From contig JYFJ02003321.1 of NCBI GenBank assembly GCA_000934665.2, positions 1-43,545 on the forward strand: 43,545 bases of DNA. The letters are read 5' to 3'. Every line of letters starts with the position of its first letter. Positions within the stretch are counted from its first letter, which is position 1. The notes under the pieces were generated by a model. That model saw only the letters and a list, made by a program, of their open reading frames with translations. It was not told the DNA's origin and ran no database searches. Below are positions 24,071-34,423 of the stretch, piece after piece. Position numbers and translations under genes: made by a program. Source of the DNA: Catajapyx aquilonaris. Taxonomy: Eukaryota.

Positions 24071-24328
24071 TTAATAATGGATACCCCGTGATAGGCCTTG
24101 GGCCTCTTAGGGGATCATCTTTTGAATAACCGACTTTAATCATTGCCTGCGTGTGATGGATTTTGATTGCGGGAGGAAACGGGAGAACCCCGAGAAAACC
24201 CACGCGAACACGGAGAGAACCCATCGAAACTCTATCCACATAAGTATCCTCTGCGCGACCCGGGGATCGAACTCGGGACCTTAGAGGTGGAAGGCTGTGG
24301 CTCTAACCACTCCGCCACCGTGTCGCCC
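24071..24328 (-). mobile_element. Full-length tRNA-derived SINE with V-domain-like core
   Basis: Minus strand: gggcgacacggTGGCGGAGTGGttag (A box)...gaGTTCGATCCc (B box)...gtggatagagtttcgatgggttctctccgtgttcgcgtgggttttctcggggttctcccgtttcctcccgca, resembling the V-SINE/HE1 core. Flanked by an exact 16-bp TSD tcaaagtaagagtatt (24055-24070 and 24329-24344). Confidence 0.88.
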
Positions 24329-24823
24329 TCAAAGTAAGAGTATTCATCCAGTAATCAACTTTCAATGCATGTTTATGTATATTTATTTATTTCAGTTAGA
24401 GTATTCCATACATACTCCTGGAACTGGCCCATACTATTCGGTTAAAAAAATAGGTAACAAGTGACTGCTTTAAATTTACCACGCTACGCTTAATTAGAGA
24501 AATGTCAATAGTCTCTCGGACAGGAAAAATCTGGGCAATACTCATGCGGCGCGGCGCTAAAATGACTCGGGCATGTTTCACGAAATATATGTTCAGACAT
24601 CAGTTCAATTTTAAGGACCGAAAATGTATATACATAGAGTAAATGTGAAAATTGTACAGTATATGTCCAACTTAAGAGGAAAGAAAGTGTCCCACTTTCA
24701 AGATCGAGAGGTGTCCAACTTAGTAACATTGCATGGGATAGGCTTTTTGATGGTTCCAAAAGTAAAGTCTAACATAGAGAGGCGGAAACTTGACAAGTGT
24801 TACTACATAAACTCTTCACATAC

Positions 24824-25098
24824 CAGGGTGTTAATCCTAAGCGTGTCACCAGAAAAGGTGGTGGTAGAGGGCGCAGGTGTGAGCATTTTTGCATGAGGAA
24901 CTAGGGGTCGGAAACGCACCCTCACCGAGTTACGCCCCTTTCAAATTTGCGGCAGGCAGTATACAAGAGGCGTGCGGCACGCGGCGGAGTGACTCGGTGA
25001 GGGTGCGTTTCCGACCCCTAGTTCCTTATGCAAAAATACTCACACCTGCGCCCTCTACCACCACCTTTTCTGGTGACACGCTTAGGATTAACACCCTG
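24824..25098. mobile_element. MITE with ~110-bp TIRs beginning CAGGGTG (Tc1/mariner-like)
   Basis: cagggtgttaatcctaagcgtgtcaccagaaaagg... is mirrored by ...ccttttctggtgacacgcttaggattaacaccctg; TA on the right flank, TA plus an extra C on the left; about 55-bp spacer. Confidence 0.85.
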
Positions 25099-25289
25099 TA
25101 TATGCAATGGTGATGAAATAAGTAGAAATAATGTGGTCACACAACTTCTGAAGTGAAGGTGCTGTGATTAGAAAAGAAACTCTTTGATAATAATAAGATA
25201 TGGAAAGTCATTCTTGCAGTCCCTGGCACACTGGCAGACTATACGATAGAGCAATAAGCATTCTGATAATAGCAGGAGTACTGTACATG

Positions 25290-25415
25290 TGAGAAGAAAT
25301 GAAATATTATATACGTGCACGTAATATTTCATTTCTATATTATATACGTGCCGCACGTATATAATAATTATAGAAATGAAATATTACGTGGCACGTAATA
25401 TTTCATTTCTTCTCA
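25290..25415. repeat. AT-rich nested palindrome
   Basis: Alternating-orientation copies of agaaatgaaatatta / taatatttcatttct and tacgtg / cacgta modules. Confidence 0.75.
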
Positions 25416-25627
25416 TGCCTAAGTAACTTAGCATTTTTCTAACCAAGCCTTATATAAACATTGTGCTACGAACAGCACAAAGCTGCGACAATTTCGCATT
25501 GGGCCTCAATTCAAAATAGTCTGAAACTTTTTGTCTGATATCGCGCATACTTCCATCACAAACAGGTCGTACCAGTTGAATTAATGCAGGCCAAAATGAA
25601 TCACTAGGCAGGCATTAGTTAAAAGAG

Positions 25628-25628
<1 letters not shown>

Positions 25629-25714
<86 letters not shown>

Positions 25715-25736
25715 CAACAACAACAACAACAATAAT
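25629..25736. repeat. Compound microsatellite (AAT)~27(AAC)7
   Basis: Directly visible trinucleotide runs. Confidence 0.97.
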
Positions 25737-27127
25737 AAAATAATAAGGCTCTTCAAATGCCTTCAGCGCCACGCTGAACAGAGCATTGGAATAAAGCCTT
25801 TTTATGACCTTTCATTTTTTGCATCCAGAAGAAAATTGCCTATGACTTTGCGCACGTGTGAATATTATCTCTATTATTCTAACGTAGTGACGACGTAACT
25901 TGGAACTTAAAGACGGGCATGGCTGTATTTAAAAAAAAACTCCTGTGTTGTTTCACATAACATTCAATGTTTACTTCCCAGCTTTCCACTGCAGATTTCA
26001 AACAATTCCTCCCACACACTCCTTATAACCTGTGGTGTTCATACGGTAATTCACCAAAAAATCCCTACAAACATTATACTCTATTCGAGGTACAATTGCG
26101 AATCTGCTCAAAATGCGAAAACCCTAGCACCAGCCCAGTTTGGAAACAGTGGCAAAGCGCCGTAAATCGGATGAAAAATGAGCCAACCCAATCAGCATGA
26201 TATGGTCTGGGGGTCCACCGCCATGTCAGCAATGATTCCAACCCGTCCCGCGCCGCATCCCGTGGCCGGAAGACACCATCAGGCCTATATAAGAAGTGGA
26301 GCAAGTGGCAAGCGAATGCTATTCTAATGTCGAGGGGAGATGGCAGCCAGATTCAATTACAGGCGATCCCGCGTGAAAAGTGTGCGACGCAATCCCATTA
26401 CACAGCACGAGTGCGGAAGACCGGGGAGCGGTTAACCTCCACGGGATTGTCGAGCCTGACGAGGAAAGACGAGTCTCTGCAGTAGCAGCAGCACCACAAT
26501 AGAAAGGAAAGTCTAGCTATTTACCTGGAGGGGAGGCCATCAGCAGCACCTCGCTTAACAGCTACTAGACACACTCTGACTCTCTGACTCCGCCTGCTCT
26601 CTCTACCGCCAATGGCCTCCTAATTTCATCCATTTCAGGATGCAAACCATTTTAAATGCATTTTCCCCCCAACAGCTGCTGGTGTGCTTGGTGTGCACCC
26701 CTCCGGTGGTGGCGTCCGGACCAGCTTGTCCGTACTACCCGGCATCGCATCGCTTCCTTTTCCCCCCCGCCCGTATACCGTAGTCTTCCCCGTCTCTAAT
26801 GCAATCCTGGCCGTAACCTAATAGTGTGTGTGCCAAGCAAGCTGTTTGCCCGCTTGGGCGCCCGCCGCAGCCGCCATGTTGGCGAAGGGAACCCCGCCTC
26901 CCTTTTCCCCGTCGACGAGCAATCCGATTAGGGATCCCGCCAATCCGGACCCAGCCCGTGCCGCTCCGGAATAGTAACACTGACCCTGTCTGAACAAACT
27001 AATATCATTGGTCCACATTACGACACATGAGCAGGAGCGGGCCTTCGATCGTCCCTCGACAGGCCCGCCTAGGCCTGGCAGTCCGGGTGGCGGGTGTTCC
27101 GGATGCCCCCCAACGCTCCGATCACTC

Positions 27128-27164
27128 TATAAAACTTGTTTCTCTCGGGATAACCTCATTAGTC
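27128..27164 (+). promoter_or_regulatory. Candidate TATA + Inr core promoter of the homeobox gene
   Basis: TATAAAA at 27128-27134 with an arthropod Inr-like TCATTAGTC 30-33 bp downstream (A at 27158 or 27161), followed by an AUG-free leader running into coding exon 1. Confidence 0.5.
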
Positions 27165-27481
27165 ACCTTTCGTTTGCTTATCACTTGTCATAACACTAAA
27201 GAGCAAACACACCGCACAGTTTATTGAGCGGATTACCCTCAATTCAATCGCACGGGTAATTTCATCCCTGACCCGGCGTGGCTTCTGCTGCTGTTGGTCG
27301 CGCAAATATCCACAGTTGGTTGTGGACATTGCACATATCCACGAGAGGGGAGGGGGTGGTGGTTTTTGACATTCATTCGTCACCTGGGGAGGAGGAGGCC
27401 CGGTTGTAGTAGAATCGTCGTCACCCGTCAGCACCATATACCAGCGAAACCATTTGGGTGGTGAAGAACTGGGTCGCAGCC

Positions 27482-27761
27482 ACGGATCCTCCTTTGGCAG
27501 CAGTCAACGTCAAGCTGGAGGAGCTGCGCCCGGAGTTGGCCATGTTGGGCGAGGAGCAGCAGCGGGTGCTGGCCGACGACCGCTCCGACAAGCGCAAGTG
27601 CGACGACTTCGCCGCGCTCTACGGACTGCAGGATGGACACGCGGCGGCAGCGGCTGCGGCGGCGGCCGCCGCGGCAGCTGCAGCCGCCGCCGCTGCCGTC
27701 ACCGCCTCCTCCGCGGCCGGACCCACGCCGCCATCCGCCAGATCGCTCACCGACCCCACAG
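27482..27761 (+). CDS. Prop: First coding exon of the PRD-class homeobox gene (Prop / Drosophila CG32532-like)
   Basis: GC3-rich frame (T)DPPLAAVNVKLEELRPELAMLGEEQQ...DKRKCDDFAALYGLQ, a 19-Ala tract, PTPPSARSLTDPT; phase-1 donor ACAG|GTACGT at 27761 matches the phase-1 acceptor at 40300. First in-frame ATG is 27542; ACG at 27482 is a candidate upstream start. Confidence 0.72.
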
Positions 27762-28585
27762 GTACGTATCTCTATTATTATTAACACACTTCTCATTGCA
27801 CCGGTTCAGTGCTTGTTCAACAATTGCAACAATGCCTGATGCAAAGCCGTACACTGCAACGCCCGAATCTCCTCCCAATTCACTATTATTCATGTTCGAT
27901 CATGAGCAGCAGGTGAAAATGACCAGCCATTTTGGATGTATATTATACTGTCATGATTCGACTCCGGCCTAACAGAATCTTAGCGCTCCATTGTTTATAC
28001 GAGCAGGCCGGTCGTATTTACTCACACACTGTACCAACATGCAATTTTCGCATTTAAGTTTGTATTCAAGTCCATCATCTAGCAATATTCGCTGCATAAG
28101 TTGTATAGACATGCAGTTAGTCACTTTCTGATAACGGCCGGTATCGGCAGTTGTGGAAGCAGGGGCTGTTGTTTTGTTATTGAGTAGAACTTTACAAATA
28201 ATTATGTACCGTCTTTCTTACATTATAAGTTGCCTTGGTCTATCACTACCTAATTAAGCTCTCTCATATAGACTTACACGCCTGACATGGAACAATCACT
28301 CGTATATAAGGTCTATTATAACAGCTGAACCTCGGTTGCATGCAAAATGTTTCATGGAGCCTATCACAATATCATGCACGAAAGAAACGTATACCGTACC
28401 GTAATTGGAATTGAGGTTGTCTGTAAATTATTATTTGAATTCCAGAAATACCTGTTTTTAATTTGAATCAAATTTATCGTTCGTTATCCATACTTTCGCA
28501 AGAAAAGCATAATGACGGACGAAAGGTTATGATAATAGCATTACTCTTATTGCGGTTCTGCTATACTGTATTACTGTTATCGTAT

Positions 28586-28587
<2 letters not shown>

Positions 28588-28672
<85 letters not shown>
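28588..28672. repeat. (TAA)~28 microsatellite
   Basis: Directly visible trinucleotide run. Confidence 0.97.
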
Positions 28673-30708
28673 CCACATCCGTGACATGACGTGACTTAAA
28701 AAAACATACAACCCTCTCTCTTACCACACAGATGCCAACAGCCTCATTCAATTAATTTATCGAAAATTAAGGTTGCTGTGTACATTTGTGAGGAAATTTC
28801 TCAAACTAGTTGAAACTTGCAATTATACGTAATTATCCCATAATTTTGAAGGCCGCAAATTGACGCACATTTATACTCGACAGTTTCAATGCACGTCATG
28901 CAAATTCTCGGCATCTAATACTTTGAGTTTGAGATAATATCAAGTCAATCGTACTTATCAGCGCACGAGCCTGTTATCGTGGCTCTCACGTACAAATTGT
29001 ACATCGCATCCAAAGCGATCGGTAAGCACACGGTATATCTCTCAGTAAAAATTGCAATTCTCCGCATTCATAAGGAACAATACACTGCTTATCCTGGAAC
29101 GTAGTTAACCTATACGTTACTTTCTTGTGTTGCTGGGGCGTTGCATTACAGGATATGTCAGAGGATACCATATACCGGTATATGTAAAAGCTTATGACCA
29201 CAATATTCTGGTGGCAAGAGAATAGTGACACCATTTTGAGTACAACCTTGTATATACGCACCCCTGTGTCTGCATGCCATAGTAGTAAATACAATATTGT
29301 GTAAGTTACGATGCACTTACCATCATATGTGGTAAATATTGTACAACATAAACGCACTGTTCCCATTACAATCATGAACAACTTGAACGTGTATTGCAGC
29401 CCACTTTATTAGTGTCATCTCCAGAAAAACTGACACACTTCACCCGGCAAACCTAATTTGCGGGCAAAAATTAACCTTCAAAATACACCAAAGCCAAAAA
29501 TTTTGGCGCGCCTGCCTCACAACATTCAGTGCAAATGCAAGTTTGTTGGTTTTTGTTTCATCATAAAACTGCAGTATAACAGTACGCCTATATATACCAA
29601 GTCATTAGAAACACACACGATGTTATTCTGCCTGAGAGAATAACCCTTAACACGGATTTTTGATGACCGGGTTAAAGCATTAGGCCTATAACTTTCTCTT
29701 GCGTTGCTCCGTAATTAAACCATGGCAGAAAATTAGGTATTTGTTGTGTAAATGACACCCATTTTGAGTCTAATGCAGCCCCGCGTGACACATAAATTAT
29801 GCAGATACCCGAGCCGGTCAATTAAAATCCTATATTTTGTCATGCAACGGCAACATCACATTAACTTATAGAGGAAAGTGCTCTATGGAAAGAAAATTAC
29901 GTTGTTATATAACCGAACTGTTGCTTACAGGGTATATTGTAATGTATAGCAGCAGTTAGGTGCTGGAAAGTATACCGGCAACATTTTAAAGTATGTTACT
30001 GAACTTTTCAAACGTAGCGGCTGGGGTGCATATTTTGAAATTAGTGCAGCTATACATATGCCACATAAAATAAGGGTGATGTATGCAGAGAAGAAGGGGA
30101 AATATCACATATACTAGTTCCATATTCACTAGCGCACCAATAAGCATGCTTATCATCGAGTAGTCCCCTCCTTATGATACATGCTAACCGATAACGCAAT
30201 AATTGCATGAAACATTTCTCTTTTTAATAAACAGTGTTTGCGTTACTTTATAATGGACTTATAGTTTCACAAGTTTCAAAAATGCGACAAGCTTATGATA
30301 CTATAATATGTCATTTATCTGTGCAATATCTGTTAGCAAATAATATTGCGGAGACGGTACTATAATGAATATTGTATTGAACACCTTATTAGTTACCTCT
30401 AACTCCACACCTACAGCATCCAATTAGCAGTATACTTATGGACAGATATAATATTTCCATGCCAAATCAAGTTACCCATTATGTAAAGATCCACAAGAAA
30501 ACTATACTCACTATTTTTTTTGGCTGCAGCTCCAGTTCTGCACTGAATACTGAAAAAAAAGTCTTCATGAACAGATTGATCAAGAATGACGCTTGCAATA
30601 CACTTGCAACAATGGCTCATACTTATACAGCACAGCAATGGAACTATAATAGCACAGATTGATTCATGGCACTGTCGGTAATGATCTGTTTATCATTATA
30701 CAGTCAAT

Positions 30709-30816
30709 TGTACTATATCGCTCAAAAAGATAGAGACGATTGGCATTTGATTCAAGTGCAAGTTGCACTTGAGTCAAATGCAAAATCGTCTCTATCTTTT
30801 TTGGCGATATAGTACA
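30709..30816. mobile_element. 108-bp palindromic MITE-like element
   Basis: tgtactatatcgctcaaaaagatagagacgatt...caagtgcaa g ttgcacttg...aatcgtctctatctttttggcgatatagtaca; near-perfect arms with a 1-nt loop. Confidence 0.7.
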
Positions 30817-33800
30817 TACCAATGTGATAGTGTGACTTTTTGGCGCATCATTTTAAATAACAGATAAACTGACTGCTCATTGAGATCATTCATAGCGTGT
30901 TAGGTGTCTTCACTACCGATTAAATGGCATTGCGGTTCCCATTAGAAAGTGCTTGTTGACTGAATTTTTTTTCACAATGTTGCATTTGAACTAACTTTGT
31001 ACGAAGTTTTTGCGTCTGATTTGAGATGCATTTACGAGCCACTCGTGCAGATCACTGGAGTAATGTGTACATGACATCAATTACAGCGTTTCCCGTATAT
31101 CTCATCGCATATGGGAACAAGGAACGCAGGTTTTATTCGCCTGCTTAAGCTGATAGAAACGACACAGGGACACTGCAACAGCAGAATAAAAATACTAAGT
31201 TATTAACACAGTATTAATAACGTGACTTGAACCTAATCTGCTCAACAGCGGATCCAACCTATATAATAAAACACTGTCCTATACCTTGTCGCACTTTGCA
31301 TGTCGCACTAAATGAAACCAGTACTTTCCACGTTTCCATCACTTCCGATTTCATTTTTGTGGCAAAATCTCTTTAAGTGCATAATACAATGTGATGGGTG
31401 AAACAATAATTCGATAGCTGCTACATGTAGGTAAAACAGCAATAAATATCAATCATGCCCACATCATGCAATTTCATAAGTGATAAAACAGCATTGCGGT
31501 ATATTGCCGAATCAAAACTGCAATTGTTTAGACCAGAGAAGTGGCAATGCGCCCTATGAATTTGTGACGATTGATGTGCAAGTAAACTAATCAAATGCGG
31601 GAAACACTGGTCACAACATAAACAACTAAAATGGCGGATCTTGCTCACCTGTAAATTATTAGAGGAAACATGTGCACGAGAAATCAGCCTAACTTTCAAC
31701 TGCACGGAGTTAATCTGTATTATTGAATAACAGGTAATATCCACTCCGTATTAACTCTGATGCAATTGTGGTGCTCCAAATTTAGGCATAGTTTACCAGA
31801 CCTTTGTGCTCGCTAACAACATTGTTACAATGCGCTAACTGTGATTATACGTATAACCCAACCCAACGGTTTATATAGTGTGCGTTAACGGCATTGCTTA
31901 AAATTTTTCGAACGACTCCCATTACATTTCCTCGCTTCTGTCTGCATGGTGTTAAAAGATCCATTATACACCGTTCATTACAAAAGGGGAAATTATACCT
32001 GGTCTGAATATCCGGGCAGAATCGCAAGATCGTGATCCGGTTTGCGATCGCTTCCATTTTAGCAAAATCCTGTCATTTCCGTCATTCATGACCCCGAGTG
32101 TCTCGATATTCAAACCGCTTATAAGTCACTGCGGCACAAAAATTACTGTTGCATTTCGAAAATATTACGTGAATGGAAAATGGCCCATAACCGTTACTTG
32201 GTACATATAGTTATACTTTTAATGGTTATCAAATGTATTAGCGGATATTACACCGATCCATTCATGCATTTTGAGAGCATTGACCTTTACTTCCAGCAGT
32301 TTTTACATTGGTGAGCACTATAGGCTCTGTGGAATTACCATCTCGTGTCCCTGAAGCTCAGGCTGCTTCAATATCAAAGAGATTTTTCAATTGAACATTC
32401 GGATCCTTCTCATGCCCACTTTACGATAAAGCTACGGCTCTCTAAACATTTATGATACAACAATTTCCATATAAGGAGCTCATATTTCGTTGTCGTTTCT
32501 AGAACACTCGGGTTCCAACCCAACACAGGGCTGCATGTATGCAAATGTTGGCATAATGAACATTGCCCAAGTCCATTAAGGCTATACTCTGAATATGGGC
32601 TGGCGGCGGCGGATGATCAGAATATGTCCATGAAAAACAGCGCAGTTTCAAAAATATACACAGGCTTTCACTTTTGCGTATACGTTGCCCCTTTAACACT
32701 TTGTATGTAGCGAAATCTTAAATAAAATACTTCGATTAATCTTGAATTCCCGCAAAATCACACAAAATCCAGTTACAAAACTGCAGTTTGCTCTCGCAAT
32801 GTTTCATTTGAGCGCATACAATCTAATGACAACATGAATCAACAACATCCATGAATCATGATGGCCAGAGGATATGCAAATCACAGTCCTTAATCAAATC
32901 CTTCCACTGACTTCAGCAATTCTCATTTTAAATACTCCAAATGCAGTATTGATTAATTTTGCTGCGAACGTAGCATAAATCCATTTTAATCACCATGTGC
33001 ACATATTAATAGATGTCAGTTGCAGTGTTTCAACTTCATTACTCGCATTACGCCTTAATAATTTGAAAGCCCGGCATATTTAAATAATTACTTATGGTCG
33101 AATTTCTAGCAATAATAACCAGATTAATGATGCAATAATATCAGAAAACGTAAAGTGAACCATATGGAGTAGGCCTATACTACACAGTGTCAAATTAGAA
33201 AATGCAGAGGTGCGCGGCATGTTATAATTTCTATTTGAACTATAATATTTCAGATTGATATTCTGTGGGCAAGTTAGGGTGCTCTGATATGCTTCGTACA
33301 TTTGCAACATTATGACAATAAATCATTATGAAACCTGACCATGCTGCATTTCGCCACATAAGTAACCAGATGTTTCAGAATTGAGCTCATATAGCCATAT
33401 CGGTAAAAATATGGCTGGCGCATGTTTTCAGTTGCCCCTATTGCCTCACATTCAAGTGTGCCGTCGGTAAAAATACATATACTCCATACTCGTACCTGGG
33501 GGAATGTGCTGGAAAGCCCATGTAAAATGAATCCACCTCAAAGGTAAGTTCATAGGAGTGGGCATCCGTAAAATTTTCACCGATGTACTGTACAAAAGTG
33601 AGCTCAATATATTATGAAAGGCACAATATGTTTCACTTTCACTCAATTATGCGGATGATAAAAACATAAACAGGCACACATTTCCCCTGTCAACATGTAC
33701 AGAATACATATAATGTTGTACGTATACTGTACAGAGCGTAAAAGCACCGCACCTAAAGTATTAATTTTGAAGTGCCCCAAGTAAATTAGATAATTTCTAT

Positions 33801-34197
33801 GTCGAATGCGTGTATATACTATATGGATATAAACAGAAGTTCAACAGTCGCCTCTATACACACTGCTAACAACCAACAATCTATATATCCGCTCCCACAC
33901 TCGTTTGGTTAGTGGGTATAGCAGACTATGCGCAGTACGTCCAGTTGAAAAAAGTCTCAATATCAACTCTCAAACGAATTTTTATAAATTGGAAATGAGT
34001 CATTTAAAAATCCAAATTTCACTTTTGCATGAGATATTACTAGCAACAACATGCAAAAAAATATACTGAGAATACACTGGGCAAAATCAACGTTTTGATG
34101 ATAGTATGACTTATATACTACTCGCTTTTAGTGGTTTCACGATACCAATTACTGGGTTTTTATTCTACATACTGTATATTTACGATTATGTATAAGT

Positions 34198-34423
34198 CAG
34201 TGGTTTCCAACCTTTTACCAACTGCGACCCCCTATAAACATGTTTCTATAAATGTGAGATCCCCCCCCCCCNCCCCCCTGGTCCCTCCTACAACTGCCCC
34301 CCCTTTCCAGAAAACATACGCTCTGTACGGCCGCAAAAATGGTTTAATTGACACCGACATTGCAAATAATAAGAAAAAAACAAGTTTAACCGCGGCACGC
34401 GACCCCCCGGTTGGAAACCACTG
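34198..34423. mobile_element. hAT (Charlie-like) MITE
   Basis: 15-bp perfect TIRs CAGTGGTTTCCAACC / GGTTGGAAACCACTG with an exact 8-bp TSD GTATAAGT (34190-34197 and 34424-34431). Confidence 0.9.

Noticed and set aside
24255..24328. tRNA-like sequence with A and B boxes on the minus strand
   Set aside because: It continues into a SINE core and is enclosed by a 16-bp TSD, so it is a SINE head rather than a tRNA gene.
25581..25772. Poly-Ile/Val ORF (and the poly-Asn ORF at 28463-28684)
   Set aside because: Translations of (AAT)n microsatellites.
14041..27000. Many short Pro/Gly-rich ORFs between MCFD2 and the homeobox gene
   Set aside because: They arise from G/C homopolymer-rich non-coding DNA, with no domain motifs or consistent exon chain.
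27364..27369. UUU-UGA, an antizyme-like +1 frameshift site that would lead into the homeobox frame
   Set aside because: The +1 frame meets tandem TAG stops at 27407-27412 before the coding region.
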